A DNA stretch of 64,000 bases, taken from assembly GCA_964035575.1 (NCBI GenBank), contig OZ037834.1, positions 620,001 to 684,000 of the forward strand, written 5' to 3'. Shown one piece after another: positions 23,511 through 36,600 of the stretch. Each line of letters begins with the position of its first letter. Positions within the stretch are counted from its first letter, which is position 1. Made by a program: the position numbers and the translations under genes. A model generated the notes under the pieces. That model saw nothing but the letters and a program-made list of their open reading frames with translations, ran no database searches and was not told where the DNA came from. This DNA comes from Rhynchopus sp. YZ270_cl-10. Taxonomy: Eukaryota.

Positions 23511-24609
23511 AAGAAACTGTGGGCGGGGTGGTGATTGTGTATATGTGACTATCCTCTGTCTGTAATGACAGTAACCCCCTCCCGCCCTCCCCAGCTGATT
23601 TTGTATTGTATGTTTCTTGGTGATTTCCCTTTGGTTCGATCACCCCAGCGGAGAAGCGGTGCTTCTACGTCCACCGATGAACGGTGAGGCGTTTGTACTT
23701 TTTCAGCTTCTCTTTTTTTTTTTTCACCAAAGGTACACTGTCAACGAGAGGGCTTTTTTTTTTGTATTTCAAAAGTCAAATTTATATTTTCTTTGTTGCG
23801 AAAAATTGCATTTGTCGCTCAGAGCACCGACAGCAAACCCCTCTTGCTCTCTGTACCCCTTCTCAACCTTCACTCCCACACACACAGCTCTGTGTACGGA
23901 CTGGAAGATGGTTTTACAACTTATCTATCCAGCCATGCAACACACTTCACCCTCCTCCTCGCCCGCATTCGTCAAAAAAAAAACCCCCCAGATTTAGCGC
24001 AAACCCTTATTTTCATGACCCAGCGTTTTCCCCTGTTTGCTTGGTTTCTTGGTTGATTATATTTTATTTTTTTCTCAGTGCCGTGCGTCCGCCGGTGAAC
24101 GGTTGAGGTGTTTGCACTTTCAACTTCTCTTTTTTTTTTCAGGTGACTAAGCACGAGAGGCTTAGGATCATCTTATAAACTTTTCGTTTTTTTTCTTTCC
24201 AGGTACACTATCATGAGAGGATTTTGTTTTCGATTATTTTTTAGGTTTCCTTTTTACACCTTTTGTTGACCGCAGGTTACGTTGTGCTTTCATCCTAGAC
24301 TGACATCGCACCGACGTCCGTCGGAAGTGTCGGTCAGCAATGACTCTCCCTTTTTTTATGGACCAATATTATTCGAGATTTGATTTAAAAAAGCACAAAA
24401 GAAAAGCCCCGCTTCCTCTCACCATTTCGATCCTCTCTTCCACCTTCCACCTCCCACACCGACACAACCATACCAATCTCACAGAATTGACATATCCCGT
24501 TAGTAAAACACATCCTTTCTTGTCTCTTTTGAGAAGCCGTATTCATCCGTTTTCCCTTTTGTTGTTGTCTTTTGTCTGCGGAGACACGAAAGGAGAAGGG
24601 ACGAGGACA

Positions 24610-27600
24610 ATGCTGCAACCTGCAGCAGTCGCGATGGGGCTGCTCCTGTCGCTCGGATGCGTGTGTGCGGACACAGCCCCTGCGGTGGTGTTCGACCTTG
24701 AGCCCGGTGCCGCACCTACGGCCTCTTCTGCAGCGTACTGCGGGGGGTTCCTTGTTGTGGGGCGTGCGCCGCTGCTGACGCTGGCTGCGTACCACAAGAC
24801 GGCAGGCGGGTGGACACAGTGCGGTGCTGTGTCCTCTGGTGCAGAGATGTTTGGTGCGAAGGTGCAGTGTCTTGCTGGCTGCGAGGGTGGTGGTGCGCGC
24901 ATGGCAGCGACCTCTGCTGCAGGTGTGCACACTGTGGCCATCTCTGCGGACTGTGTGCTGACTGAGGTTGCCTTCACTGCCTTCCGTACGGCAGCCCCGG
25001 TGACGGCCTTTTCTGCTTACGAAGGCGCCTTCGCGACAGCACACCTCGACGGCCACATCGAACGCAGCCTCTACTCAGACGTCTGCTCCGGGACTGCCAA
25101 CACAACCGACGAAATGAGACAGCTGAGTGCAGACTCGGTTGCCATGGTGGCCGGGCACGTTGCTGCACAGAGTGGCGAGGAGACGGTGCTTGAGGAGGTT
25201 GCCGGTGGTGTGACGTCGACCCGCCTGGGGATGTCCTGCGAGGGGTTGGAGCACCTCCTTGGTGTGGGACTGACCTGTGTTGATGGGGCAGCAACGTGGT
25301 CGCTGTGTGGTCTTTCGAGTGGAATGTACGCAGCATCTGTATCCACGTCCACGTCGACATCCACATCCTCGGACAGCAAGGATGTGACAGTGACAGTGAC
25401 GTACACTGCAAAGGGCGCAGAGCTGCAGACAGCGAAGATCAGTGACGATGTGTTGTTCGCAGGTGGGCAGACGCTTGCGACGTCGACACCACTGTCCTCG
25501 CCGAACCCACCAGCTGTGGCGTGCAGTACTGAGCACGGTGGGGTGGTTGTTGTGCGTGGGCAGGTGTTGCTTGTGTTCCCCCCTGCACAGCACGGAGGTC
25601 TGAGTGAGTTCAGTCCCTTCGGGGCCTGCAGCAATGCGTGCGGGTCGGGGACGATGACACGCACACGCACCTGCTCCAACCCGACGCCGATGTACGACGG
25701 GAACACCTGCGCGACGGCAGACGAGACGGAAACGGTGGCGTGCACCTCGCTGCCGGCAGACTGGCGCATCACGGCCGGAAACTGCACCTGCAGTGGCACG
25801 CAGACACAGACGGCGACATGCCTGCTCTGCGACGGGACGGTGTCGACGCTGTGCTCTGAGGCAGACCGTCCCCCAACGGAGGTGGCGTGCACGCCGCAGA
25901 CGATTGACTGGCTGCCGGTTGGGGAGTTCTCGGAGTGCACGACTTCTGTGCAGAAGAAGTGCGGTGTGGAGGGGGTGCAGACACGCAGTGTGCAGTGTGG
26001 CGATGTGTGCACCCTGGCGGTGACTGGTCTGGACGAGTGCAGCCCCGAGACACAGCCGCGTGCAGTGCAGGCCTGTGTTGGGGAGTGGCACGAGTGGGCT
26101 GCAACGGAGGTGTGTCTCGAGGCACCTGGTGCGACGTCTCCTTCGTCGTGCGAGGGTGTGTCGCAGATGGTGTGCCGTGCTGCGTGCTCGGGGCTGACTG
26201 TGGGGGAGACACACTGCGCGGACCTGGAGAAGCCGCAGCTCCCCTGCCAGCGTCGTGTCTTTGGTGTGACGCACACGGAGTACGGCATCTGCGACAACAT
26301 CTGCGGGGCGGGCTCGCAGTACCGCCAAGCCTTCTGTGTGGACACATGCGAGACGACGCTCCCCAAAACCCCCTTCAACCTGGCGCAATGCGGCACCTCT
26401 GAGGCCGAGCTGACCCTCCGTCGCGACTGTACCTTCTTCGAAGGTGGTTACAAAGCAGACCGCCCAGGGACCTGCAGGCCCACCTGCGTCGGTCGTGGTG
26501 GAACGCAGACGATGGGCTGCACCAGACAGTGTGACAGTGCGCCCGTTGCGAGTTCCTTCTGTGGCGGCGCGAGCACCCGTCCCTGCACAATGCCTGCCAA
26601 TTGTCCCCCGATTAATATTGGCCCGACAATAAACACTAATGGCTGCTACCCTCGCACGGCAGAGCTTCTGACACGGAATGGACCGAAGGCGGCAGCGGAC
26701 GTGACGTCGGCAGACGAACTGCGTACCTGCACTGCGCAGGGTGTGTGCACATGGTCGACGATGCACGGTGTGCACCACCACTCGCATGCAACCCCGATTG
26801 ACATGACGCGTCTGCGCCATGGTGCAGGTCTGCTGGTTGTGTCGCCGGACCACTTTGTGTACACAACTGACGGCCGGAAGCGTGCGCAGGAGGTGGCTCT
26901 GGGTGACGTCCTGCTTGTCCATGAGGGTGAGGGTGAGGGTGAGGGTGAGGTGTTGGTTGCGTCCCCTGTGACGGACATTGGTGCAGAGACTGTGGACGGG
27001 TTTGTCTCGCACCTGACACCCACCTCGACGCTTCTCATCCGCAGTGACGCGAAGGGTGCGTGGACACTGATCTCGGAACACAGCAGCTACGACTTCTCGG
27101 CAGAGGTGATGGACCTCGTGTACCTCCCCTTCCACTTCCTGACGACCTTCACCGGCGACATTGACTCTCCGCAAGAGGCGGGCCTCGACCACCTGCACTG
27201 GTGGGCAAACGGCCTCCTCTGGTGTGCCTCTTCCTTTGGTGGCGGGGAAACCGACCTTCGTGCAGCACCACGCGCCCCGACTGCATGGGAAGGGCTTGTG
27301 GTGCTGGGTGTCTTTGCGCTGTACATTGTGCTTCATGCGGCTGTGGTTGTGTGTGGGCTTCAGGTTCTGTTCACGGCAGTGGCAACAACAAGAGCAGCTA
27401 AGAAGACTGCGACGACAACACACAACAGCAGCAGCAACCACATGTGGCTCGCAGCGTTGGTGTGCGTGCTCTGCACAGGAGCTACCTCGGTGTCGGGAGC
27501 AGAGGTGACGCACCGTGACCACCCCCTGCACAGCGAGGTCGACTACAGAATGCGCATCAAGAGCAAGACTGAGGTGAAGCACCACTCCGCAACGACGGTG

Positions 27601-30600
27601 TCTGGAGGAGTGCGCTGGGCGGACTTTGACCTGACTGCTGTTGGCGAGTCCTGCCATGCGGTGCACGTGCGCTCTCTGTTCGAAGGCGTGGCAGGTTCGA
27701 TGCCGCAGCAGGTGGACACGGCGGTCCTCAACAAATGCCTTCTGCATGTGTGCGACGAAGACTCGCCTGCTGGTCCGGCCTTCCGCAGACACAGCGCAGA
27801 GTGCACAGCACCCGAAGCCCTTGAGGTGATGCTGATGTTGCGCCCGCTGACGATGTGGTACAGCTTTGGGAACGGCACTGCAAAAGAAGAGATGCAGCAC
27901 GCACAGGGCAAGGTCTCGCAGCACAGCCACACCCTCAGTGGGACACATGACGCGCACGGACTGAAAACACTGGAGATCTGCACGGACGCGACGACGCACG
28001 AGGACCACGGACACGGGATGGTCAGCAGAACATGTGCGACGCTGTCGCGTGAAGGTGCGACCCCTGCGACAGCTGCACGTACAGCAGCAGCAACCTCAAC
28101 CCTGCTGACACGCGTGACCCTCACGGAGGCTGCGTCGAAAGCACAGATCCACACGCACGCCCACCGCAGCGCTGCGGAGCCGGAGGAGGACAGCCTTGCG
28201 CCACGTGTGCGCCACCTGGTCACGGGAATGTCAGACTCGCTGGAAGCAGTGCACGCTTTGATGGAGCTGATGACGCACCGTTGGGAGGAGGTTGTGGTTG
28301 TGATTGAAGAGGAGGAGTACCTCTCTCGTGTGGAGCACGAACACGAGGATGAACACGAGGACGAACACAAACAACAGCACGCTCGCCACATGCGGCGTGT
28401 TCTTGATGCACTTGCCTTGGCAGGGACAGTGGAGGCAACGGCGAGGCTGGAGCAGTGCATTGTGGTGCGGTGTGCGGATGTGAACGTGTTGTCGGCGGTG
28501 GTGTGGCAGGGGATGGCTGCGCATGCGGAGGGTGAGGGTGTGCCGTCTCTGTCGCGTGCACTGCTGAGCGCTGTGGAGGAGCACGCGAGCACAGCTGCGG
28601 GGACGACAACAACAACAACAGCAGCAAAACTGGAGGAGCCACACCTGATCGGTGCGGTGATTGCGAAGCACTCTGCCGCGGCAGACCAGCAGGCGCACGC
28701 AGACACGCTGCTTGCAGTGATGAAGGGCCCACACCGTGCTGGGGTCGACGTGCTGCGCAGCCTGCCGATGCACACGGTGCGCGACCACGCAGCGCAGTTC
28801 GCAGACGCACAGTGCAGCAGTGGTGGGCTTGGCTGTGGTGCGGCCCTGCGTGTTCTGTCGCGCGACACAAAGAACGCTGTTGTGCGCGACACACTGGCAC
28901 ACCATGCAGTGACCCACCCACACCCGGATGCACGCGCGACTGCACTGTCGCTTCTGCACAAAAGACATGACTTTGGGTGCAGAGAGGCTGGGATGCTTGC
29001 AGGGAATGTGACTACAACAACAACAACAACAACAACAACAACGACAAGGAGAAGAGGACACGTGGACGAAGCAGAGAAGAAGCTGGTGCGTCTGCTGGCT
29101 GGAGCACGCTGTGGGCGGACTGCAGATGTGCAGGAGAGTCTGCTGAGCTTCGACAAGACCTTTGGTTTGCCGTTGAAGTCGACGGAGAAGAAGCTTGGTG
29201 GCGGCCCTATTGTTGTGACAATGGGCTTCGAATACGGTGTCTTCGCGAAGCTTGCGGCAGACATCCTTGGCGGGTTCTTTGAGTTTGAAGCGAAGGCTGT
29301 GGCGCACGCCTTTGCGGAGCTTGAGGTGCTTGGCTTCACGTTCACGATCTTTGACGCAGACTTCCGCCTTGGCAAGTTCCTCTCCCTGTCTGCACCGCCA
29401 CTGGGGGAGGCGATTGACGTGATTACCGCACTGACGGAAGGAGAAGGAGACGAAAGAGAGAGCAACGTACTGGCTGCAAAGAAGAAGTCTGGGTTTGAGA
29501 CCCCAAGCAAAACAGAGACCCTCACTGAGGCACAGATCTGCGCACAGCTGAAGACACGTGGGTTTGAGATTTCTTCTTCGTGCAGCTCGGTGAAGGCGAC
29601 AACGAAGGACTATGTGCAGGCAGTGAAGCTGTTCAAGGCAATTGTGCAGGGGAAGCGCTCTGTGGAGGAGCAGAGCACGACACTGAGTCCGAAGCTGCAG
29701 GGGTTCCTGACAAAATCGTCAAAAGCGATGTGGCAGCGGGCCTCTGGGGCAGACTGCCTGGACCTTGCGTCAGGCGCACGCGAGACACACCTGCGCTCAG
29801 AGGCACAGGACGTGGTGGAGGGAATTGCACAGCAGCTCTGCGACTTCTGGCGTGCACGTGGCTCCGGATCGCTGCCGCGCATCGGTGCGGCATCCCCGCC
29901 ACAGGGCGGGTCGTACCCGTCGGAGGCAAAGCCCCTGCACGGGACTGCACACCGGACCGGGTCTGACCTGACGATTGAGGGGATCCCGCGGTCGTACCAG
30001 GCGAAGGGGGGTGCGAAGCCGTCTGTTGCGGAGGCGATGTTCCATGCTGAGGCAGCGTTTTGGCTGACGCGGGACAGTGCTGTGTCGTATGTGACGTACG
30101 CGCCCTGGGAGCAGACCTGCATGATGGTGCATATTCTGAACTTTGCGCGGAGTGAGGACGGTGTGGAGGCGGGTGAGCTGGACGAGGAGGCGGTGGAGAC
30201 GTTCTTCACGCATAACTTTGAGCTTGCGGCAGTTGTGGCGCACGAGTCTGCGAGGTCTGCCTGTGCTGCGTTCGGGGACGTGTCGGCGTACCGTACCTTT
30301 GAGCGGAGTGCGAGGGGCGAGGACGGGAACTGGGCGGCGAAGGTGCGCTACGCAGACGGGGCGACGGCAGACCACTACACACTGGTGCTCGACTTTGGGA
30401 AGTCGGTTGGGATCGACCTCCCCTTTGAGGTGACGCAGGAGACGCTGAACAGACTGTCGTTCGAGTTTGCCGGGCAGTCGATCATCGACAGACCTGTGAT
30501 CTCGGCGCACGAGGCGAGTGCGCTTGCGGAGCTGTCTGTGACGAACGACATCCCCGGGAAGCGGATCCTGCTTGCGCGTGTGCAGACCTGCATCCTGGTC

Positions 30601-33600
30601 GTGTTTTTCTGTCTGGAGCTGAGTGCGGAGGCGACGCTCGAGATTGGGGCGACCTGGTCTGTCGGGCTGAACCTCCCCGAGAAGCAGCTGACTGCCGGGC
30701 TTGGGCCGAACGTGCGTCTGCTGGTGACGGCGCAGGCGTCGATCTCGCTGGTCATTGCCAAGGTCGGGGTGGAGATCCGTGGTGTGGTGATGGACGTGAC
30801 GATCCCTGTGACGGCTGGGGTGGACTTCAGCAGCTTCCCGCTGGCAACGAGTCTGTCTGTGCCGCTGGAGCTTGTGCCGTTTGCGATTGAGGTGAACGCG
30901 TTTGTGGCGTACATTCAGGTGAAGATTGGGTTCTTCTACGTGCGGGTGAGCTTCAAGACGCACCGCTTCACGATCCTGCGGTTCTCTGCAAAGTCGCGCC
31001 AGCTGATGCTCTTCAAGCGTGAGTTCCCGACAGCGACGCCGGAGGCACCACGCGCGATGCCGCAGGTTGCCCTTGGCTCGAGTGCGACCTTTGTTGAGGG
31101 CGGAGCCTCGAGTGCGATGCGGACGAAGCAGTGGCCGGGGTCGAACACACCTGTGACGAAGTACTGCGGGCGCATGCTGGGTGCGGACGGGAGTGCCTGT
31201 GGAGCGACGACGTGCAGCACGGTCCCGACCTTGGAGGTGCCGACGGTGGGCTGTTCGGACGGGTGGGTGACGGTTGAGATGAGTGCGACGGGGTCGACTG
31301 GGCGTGTTGCGACGCAGGCTGGGCGGCAGATGTACGTTGTGCAGGGGCCGCCGGTGCCTGTGCTTGACACGACTGCCGACGTCCCGAAGGATGCGGACGG
31401 CTGTCAGTACCGTACGGACGCGGCGCTGCTGTGTGTGCGGTGGACCGAGTCGCGTTTCTCTGCCAACACAACTGTTGCTGTGACGAACAGCAGCGGGGAC
31501 GTGGTTGCGTCTGCGTCTGGGCAGCTGGGGCGCCGCTTCTGCATCAGGGACGTCGCACGCGAGCTTCCCGACGGCGAGGCCTACAACGTGACTGTCACGA
31601 CTGTCGGCGTTACTGGGCTCTCTTCTCAGGACAGCATGTGTGTGCGCACTGACTTCCGTGTCCCGCAGGTGACTGAGGCGACTGCGACCTGTGGTGATGA
31701 CGCCACCTTTCAGACTGACCTGCGTCGTCTCTGCTTCTCTGCGCGTGTTGGGAACGTTCCCTTTGGTGGTCTTGAGGCGGAGCCAGTGTTCTTTGTGAAG
31801 CTTGCGAACGGGAGTCTCATTACAGGACGTGGTGTGCTTACGCCTATTGCTGGTGGTGGTGGTGCTAGTGGTGATTTGCGCTTCACTGCCTCTGTTGTTG
31901 TGGGAGACACTGCAGCAGACCTGCCTGTCGGACGCAACTACGCAGAGGCAACTGTGAAGGGGAAGGCAGGGAGCTCAGCTCGTGTGCCTCTGGGCAGCTT
32001 CTTCACCTTTGCAACACAGGCACCTGAAAGGGTTGCGAACCCGGCCTGTGTGCTGCCTTCGGGGCAGGTCTGCGTGACACTGACAGAGCCCGAAGACTTT
32101 GGGTTTGGGCCGACACGGACACTGATCATGCGTCTGTTTGATGGTGAAACTGCGGTGGAGGCAGCCTTGGCTTCAACCTCAGAAGCAGTTACATTTGACG
32201 CGCAGCAGTGCTTTTCGATGCCTGCGTCGCATGCCGAGGTGGGACTGCGTGTTGGGGTTGCTGCGACACAGATGGGACAGGTGTCTGCGTTCACTCTGGG
32301 GAATGTGGTGCGGGTGACGGCGCTGGCACCGAAGTGTGGTGTGTATGTTGGGGACGCGACGGGGCGGAGGGAGGTGTCGCGCTTTGCGAGCAAGGTGTGC
32401 TTCATTGCGACGGCGGAGGGGTGTGGTGTGCACGGTGCGCAGGCGACGCTCTCTGACGCCTTTGGTGCGACGCTTGCGACGGGCCCTGCTGTCCTCGGCG
32501 CCCTGCACTGCCTCCCCGTGGACGCAGCGACGCCTCTCGACGACGGAGCAGAGTACACCCTTGCCTTCACCGCAACCGGAGGCAACCTGAAGACCTGCCT
32601 CACCTCGCACCGCTTCACCGTCGACCTCACCCCGCCAGCAAACAAGGTGACCCACCCTGTTGTGGTGCACGCAGGGAACGAGGTGACTGTGTCCGTTGAG
32701 CGTGTCTCGGACGACACAGCAACGGAGACGCTGACGGCGTCCCTCGGGGAGGAGCTGCTTTCGGTGACCTCGGTGCAGACCTCGGACGCGGCGAACAAGA
32801 ACAACACGGTCTTCACGTTGGAGACCGGGAACTTCAGTGGGAACGTGCAGTTCTTCTACGCAGCGACAGATGCGGCAGGGAATGTGCAGCGCGAGTCTGG
32901 CCGCATTGTTGTGTGGACGCCGCCGGAGCTGAGTGCTGGGGATGTTGTGAACGGACGCTATGCGCACGATGCTGTGGTGCCGCAGGACAGACTCACTGTG
33001 ACGTTGTTGCCGTGTGTGCGTCGTGCTGGTGCGACTGCTGCTACTACTGCACCGAGCGACAAGGTCGTGGTGACGGGTGTGTATGGCGCAACGACGGTGC
33101 TGACGAGAGCTGCTGCAGAGGAGGCCATGCGCCGCTGCAGCGACAGCGGCCACCGCCTTGTGCGCACCAGTGCCACGACTGCTGTTGAGGTGATGTGTGA
33201 GGGTGGACGTGTCCTGCTTGCGGTCATTAGTGCCAACACCACAACCACAACGACAGCAACAGCAACACGCAGGATGTGCCAGGACACAGCCTGGGGCCTG
33301 CCACCCGTGAGCGGGAGGGGACGCATCATCGGCGACACTGGCTACTGCTCGGCCCTGGTGCGGTCGCTGCCCCTGCGTGAGGTGCTCTTCTCGTCACCCG
33401 GGCACTCGGACGTGCAGACTGTGGGGAACTGCATTGGCGGGCGCACGCTGGACGCCGTGCTGCGTGGTGATGCTGCTGAGGAGACAAGGTGCGGGACGGG
33501 CCGCTTTGGCGGTGTGCGTGGGCACCCTGCTGTGGACGCAGACGTGCTTACCTTTGGTGGTGCGGGCATGGTGGTGCGTGTGTCGGATGCGGCAGGGCTG

Positions 33601-36600
33601 AGTGTGGACGGGACAATGTCGGGACTGGCAGTGGTGGGTGGTGGCGCTGTGCACAACACGTACCTGGCGGTGTGGGGCGTGCCGCAGGCAGTCGTCGACC
33701 ACGACGGGACGTGCCCGATCCCAAGCCGCTTCGAGGAGCTGCAGTACGCCTGCTCGCTTGCGGTGCTCGACGCGGAGAACACCTCGGTGGTGTACCACAC
33801 AGGCGCACTGCTTGCCGGACAGCACAGCGTGACGGTGAACCTGACCGACTCTGCGTCGGACGGCACCTCGGTCGTGTCCCGCGTGACCTGCTCCGACGGG
33901 ACTGGGACCTATGTCTCTGCCACGTCCCCGCCCTCTGTTCTGAACAGCCAGTGCTCTGGCGAGGTTGCCTTCACACAGCGTGCCTACCCCGACGTGGCGA
34001 GCTTGGCTGCGACAGTGGACATCCCTGCCTATGACTGCGTGTCTTCTGGCGGCTGCACGCTTGAGTACTGTCTCGGGACGGCGCCCTTTGACTGCAGTGT
34101 GGTTGCGACGACACAGACGCAGTTTGCTGAGACGCTGGACTTCTCGAACTCGACAAACGTGACGCAGCTAAGCGAGGACACACAGGTGTTCCTCTTGGTG
34201 CGTGTGCTGAAGGATGGCCTGCCGACGTGCGAACTGCCTGTTGCGACGGCGGATGTGGACACGACGCCACCGAAGGCGGCAGTCGACGTGGACTGCGGGT
34301 GCGGTGCCTCGAGGGGGTATGCCTGCAGCGAAGACGAGAACGTGACGTGCACGGTGTTTGTGTCTGGGGACGAGCCCTCGAGTGATGCGGTGGACATCAC
34401 GCTGACGATTGACGGTGGTGCTGCCGAGGGGGTGCTGTTCTCGCAGGTCGGTGTTGCTGTGGTACGTGAGGGCTTCTTCGCGAAGACGTACTTTGCGCGT
34501 GTGGCGACCTCGCACGCACAGAAGCTGACCGTGACTGCGTTTGTCGAGAACGGCGCGGGCCTGTCTGCGAAGGTGTCACAGTCGAAGATTGTCGACACCA
34601 CCCCTGCGGCGCTGTCTGTTGCCGTCAACGACGTTGCGATGACTGCCTTCGTCTCGGACGAGGATGTGTCGGTGCTGCTTGTGAACGCCTTTGCGCCGAA
34701 CGGGTGGTGCGTGGAGTGGAATGCGACCCACGACCTGGGGGATGTCACCCTGCGTGCACGTGTTGAGGATGCGGCGGGTGCTGCGCTCCCCCTCCCAGGC
34801 ACTACTGGTGCAGCAGCACCAGAAGGGACAAACACGACAACGCTGTGCTTTGGAAACGAGTCGCGTGGGAACGGTGGTGACGGGGACGTGTGGGTCGGGC
34901 TTGTGTCGCTGCGTGTGGTGAGTGGGCAGGAGCGCACGACACGCTACCGTGTGACACCGGACTCTGTGCACCCGACGGTGCTGGTGGCAGTTGCGGGTCT
35001 GCCTGCAGAGGGGGCTGCGAACAGCTCTGACCTGTGCGTGGACACGACAGCGACGGACGACCACAGCGTGCGTTCTGCAGAGCTGACTGTGCGCCAACAG
35101 GGCAGTGTGATTGTGGAGACAGCAGCCGTGGCGACAAACGCACAGTCGCAGCACTGCCTGAAGCCGCTTGCAGACGGGCTCTACGTGGTCACCCTAACAG
35201 CAGTCGACATGGTTGGGTTGGTGTCCTCTGTGGAACAGGTTATGCGCGTGGCAACGGCGATCCCCGCATTTGCGGTTGAGCTTGGCTGTGAGGAGGGGCG
35301 TGCGATCCTTGAGGACGGGAAGACGCTGTGGGCACATGCGACGCTGTGTGTGTCGCACGAGGCGCACGACTGGGTGACCTACGCAACGGAGGTTGAGGAC
35401 GCGGATGGGAAGGCGCTGCCTGCGGGCTTCACTGCGTGGGAGAACGCTGCGCAGTACACGGTGCGCGTGGTGGCGACGGACAACTACGGGTTTGGGCTGA
35501 CGTTCACCTCGGACGTGGTGTCCTTTGTGTTTGCGGAGGGGCGGACGGAGGTTGTACATGCACTCAACTTCACTGCGGGCAGCAGCTACGAGTCTGTGCA
35601 CCACGTCTCTGCGGGGGAGGTCTGCGTCGACGTCAGCGACCTGGCACCTGCCAGCGGCGAGACGCTCTCCTGCGACGTTGTCGTCACACCGGACGTTGCG
35701 TGCGAGCCGCAGAATGCTGACCAGACTGCAGCACAGTGTGCTGGCGCAGTGACAACGACTTTTACTGCAAAGAACGACACGCTTCTCGACGTTGTCTGTG
35801 TTGCGCTCAGGAAGAAGGACAATGCCACCGACAGTGAGAACGCGACAGCAATAGCAACAGCAACCCTCCCCGAGGGAACCCTGCAGGCAGTCGCACAGTG
35901 CAGGGGGCCACGTCTGTCGGGCGAGGTTGCTGCCGGGCTTCTTGTGAACGAGGTGACGCGGCCGCTTCTCCTTGGCGTGAAGACGTACGACGTGACGCCG
36001 GACGTTGCAGGGCAGATGGTGCGTGTGGCGATCAACACTGTGTACCCGGGGAGCCTCGACGTGACTGTGCAGAACAGTGCTGGGGAGACTGTTGCGGAGG
36101 AGAGGAACGTCGCTGTGGACACGGAGGGGACGAAGGAGGGCGCTGCGGACGGGACACGCTCCTTTGTTGCCGAGTTTGCGGAGCCTTTCGAGTCTGGGGT
36201 GTACAAGGTGGTGGCGCAGTTCAGGACACATGGTGGGTTTGCTGTTCTGGGGGAGACCTCGTTCCAGTCGGTCCCTGTGGACCACGTTCCCGTGATTGAG
36301 ATGCTGAGCAACGACACCGAGAACGAGAAGACAGTGCTTGCAGACGCACTGTCGCACGCCCATGCCCCGACAGTGCGCAACGGTGTGCTCCTTGTGGACA
36401 CAGTGACGGACGAGAGCCTGGACGCGAACTACACAATCACATACCTGACACAGAAAGACAACATTGTGCGGTTCCGCATCTCCTCTGAGTTTGCGGTGCG
36501 TTCTGTGGGGTTCTCTGCAGGTCGGGCAGGACCTGGGTCGGATGTTGTTGCGGTGACCTGGCTGCCGCTCTCTGAGGAGGGTGTTTACGAGGCGGAGCTG

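Noticed and set aside
22657..23643. Lys/Phe-rich ORFs
   Set aside because: They are translations of A/T homopolymer runs in a low-complexity repeat.
24340..24609. 90-aa N-terminal extension of the giant ORF
   Set aside because: It is AT/pyrimidine-rich and UTR-like in composition. The signal peptide begins at ATG 24610.
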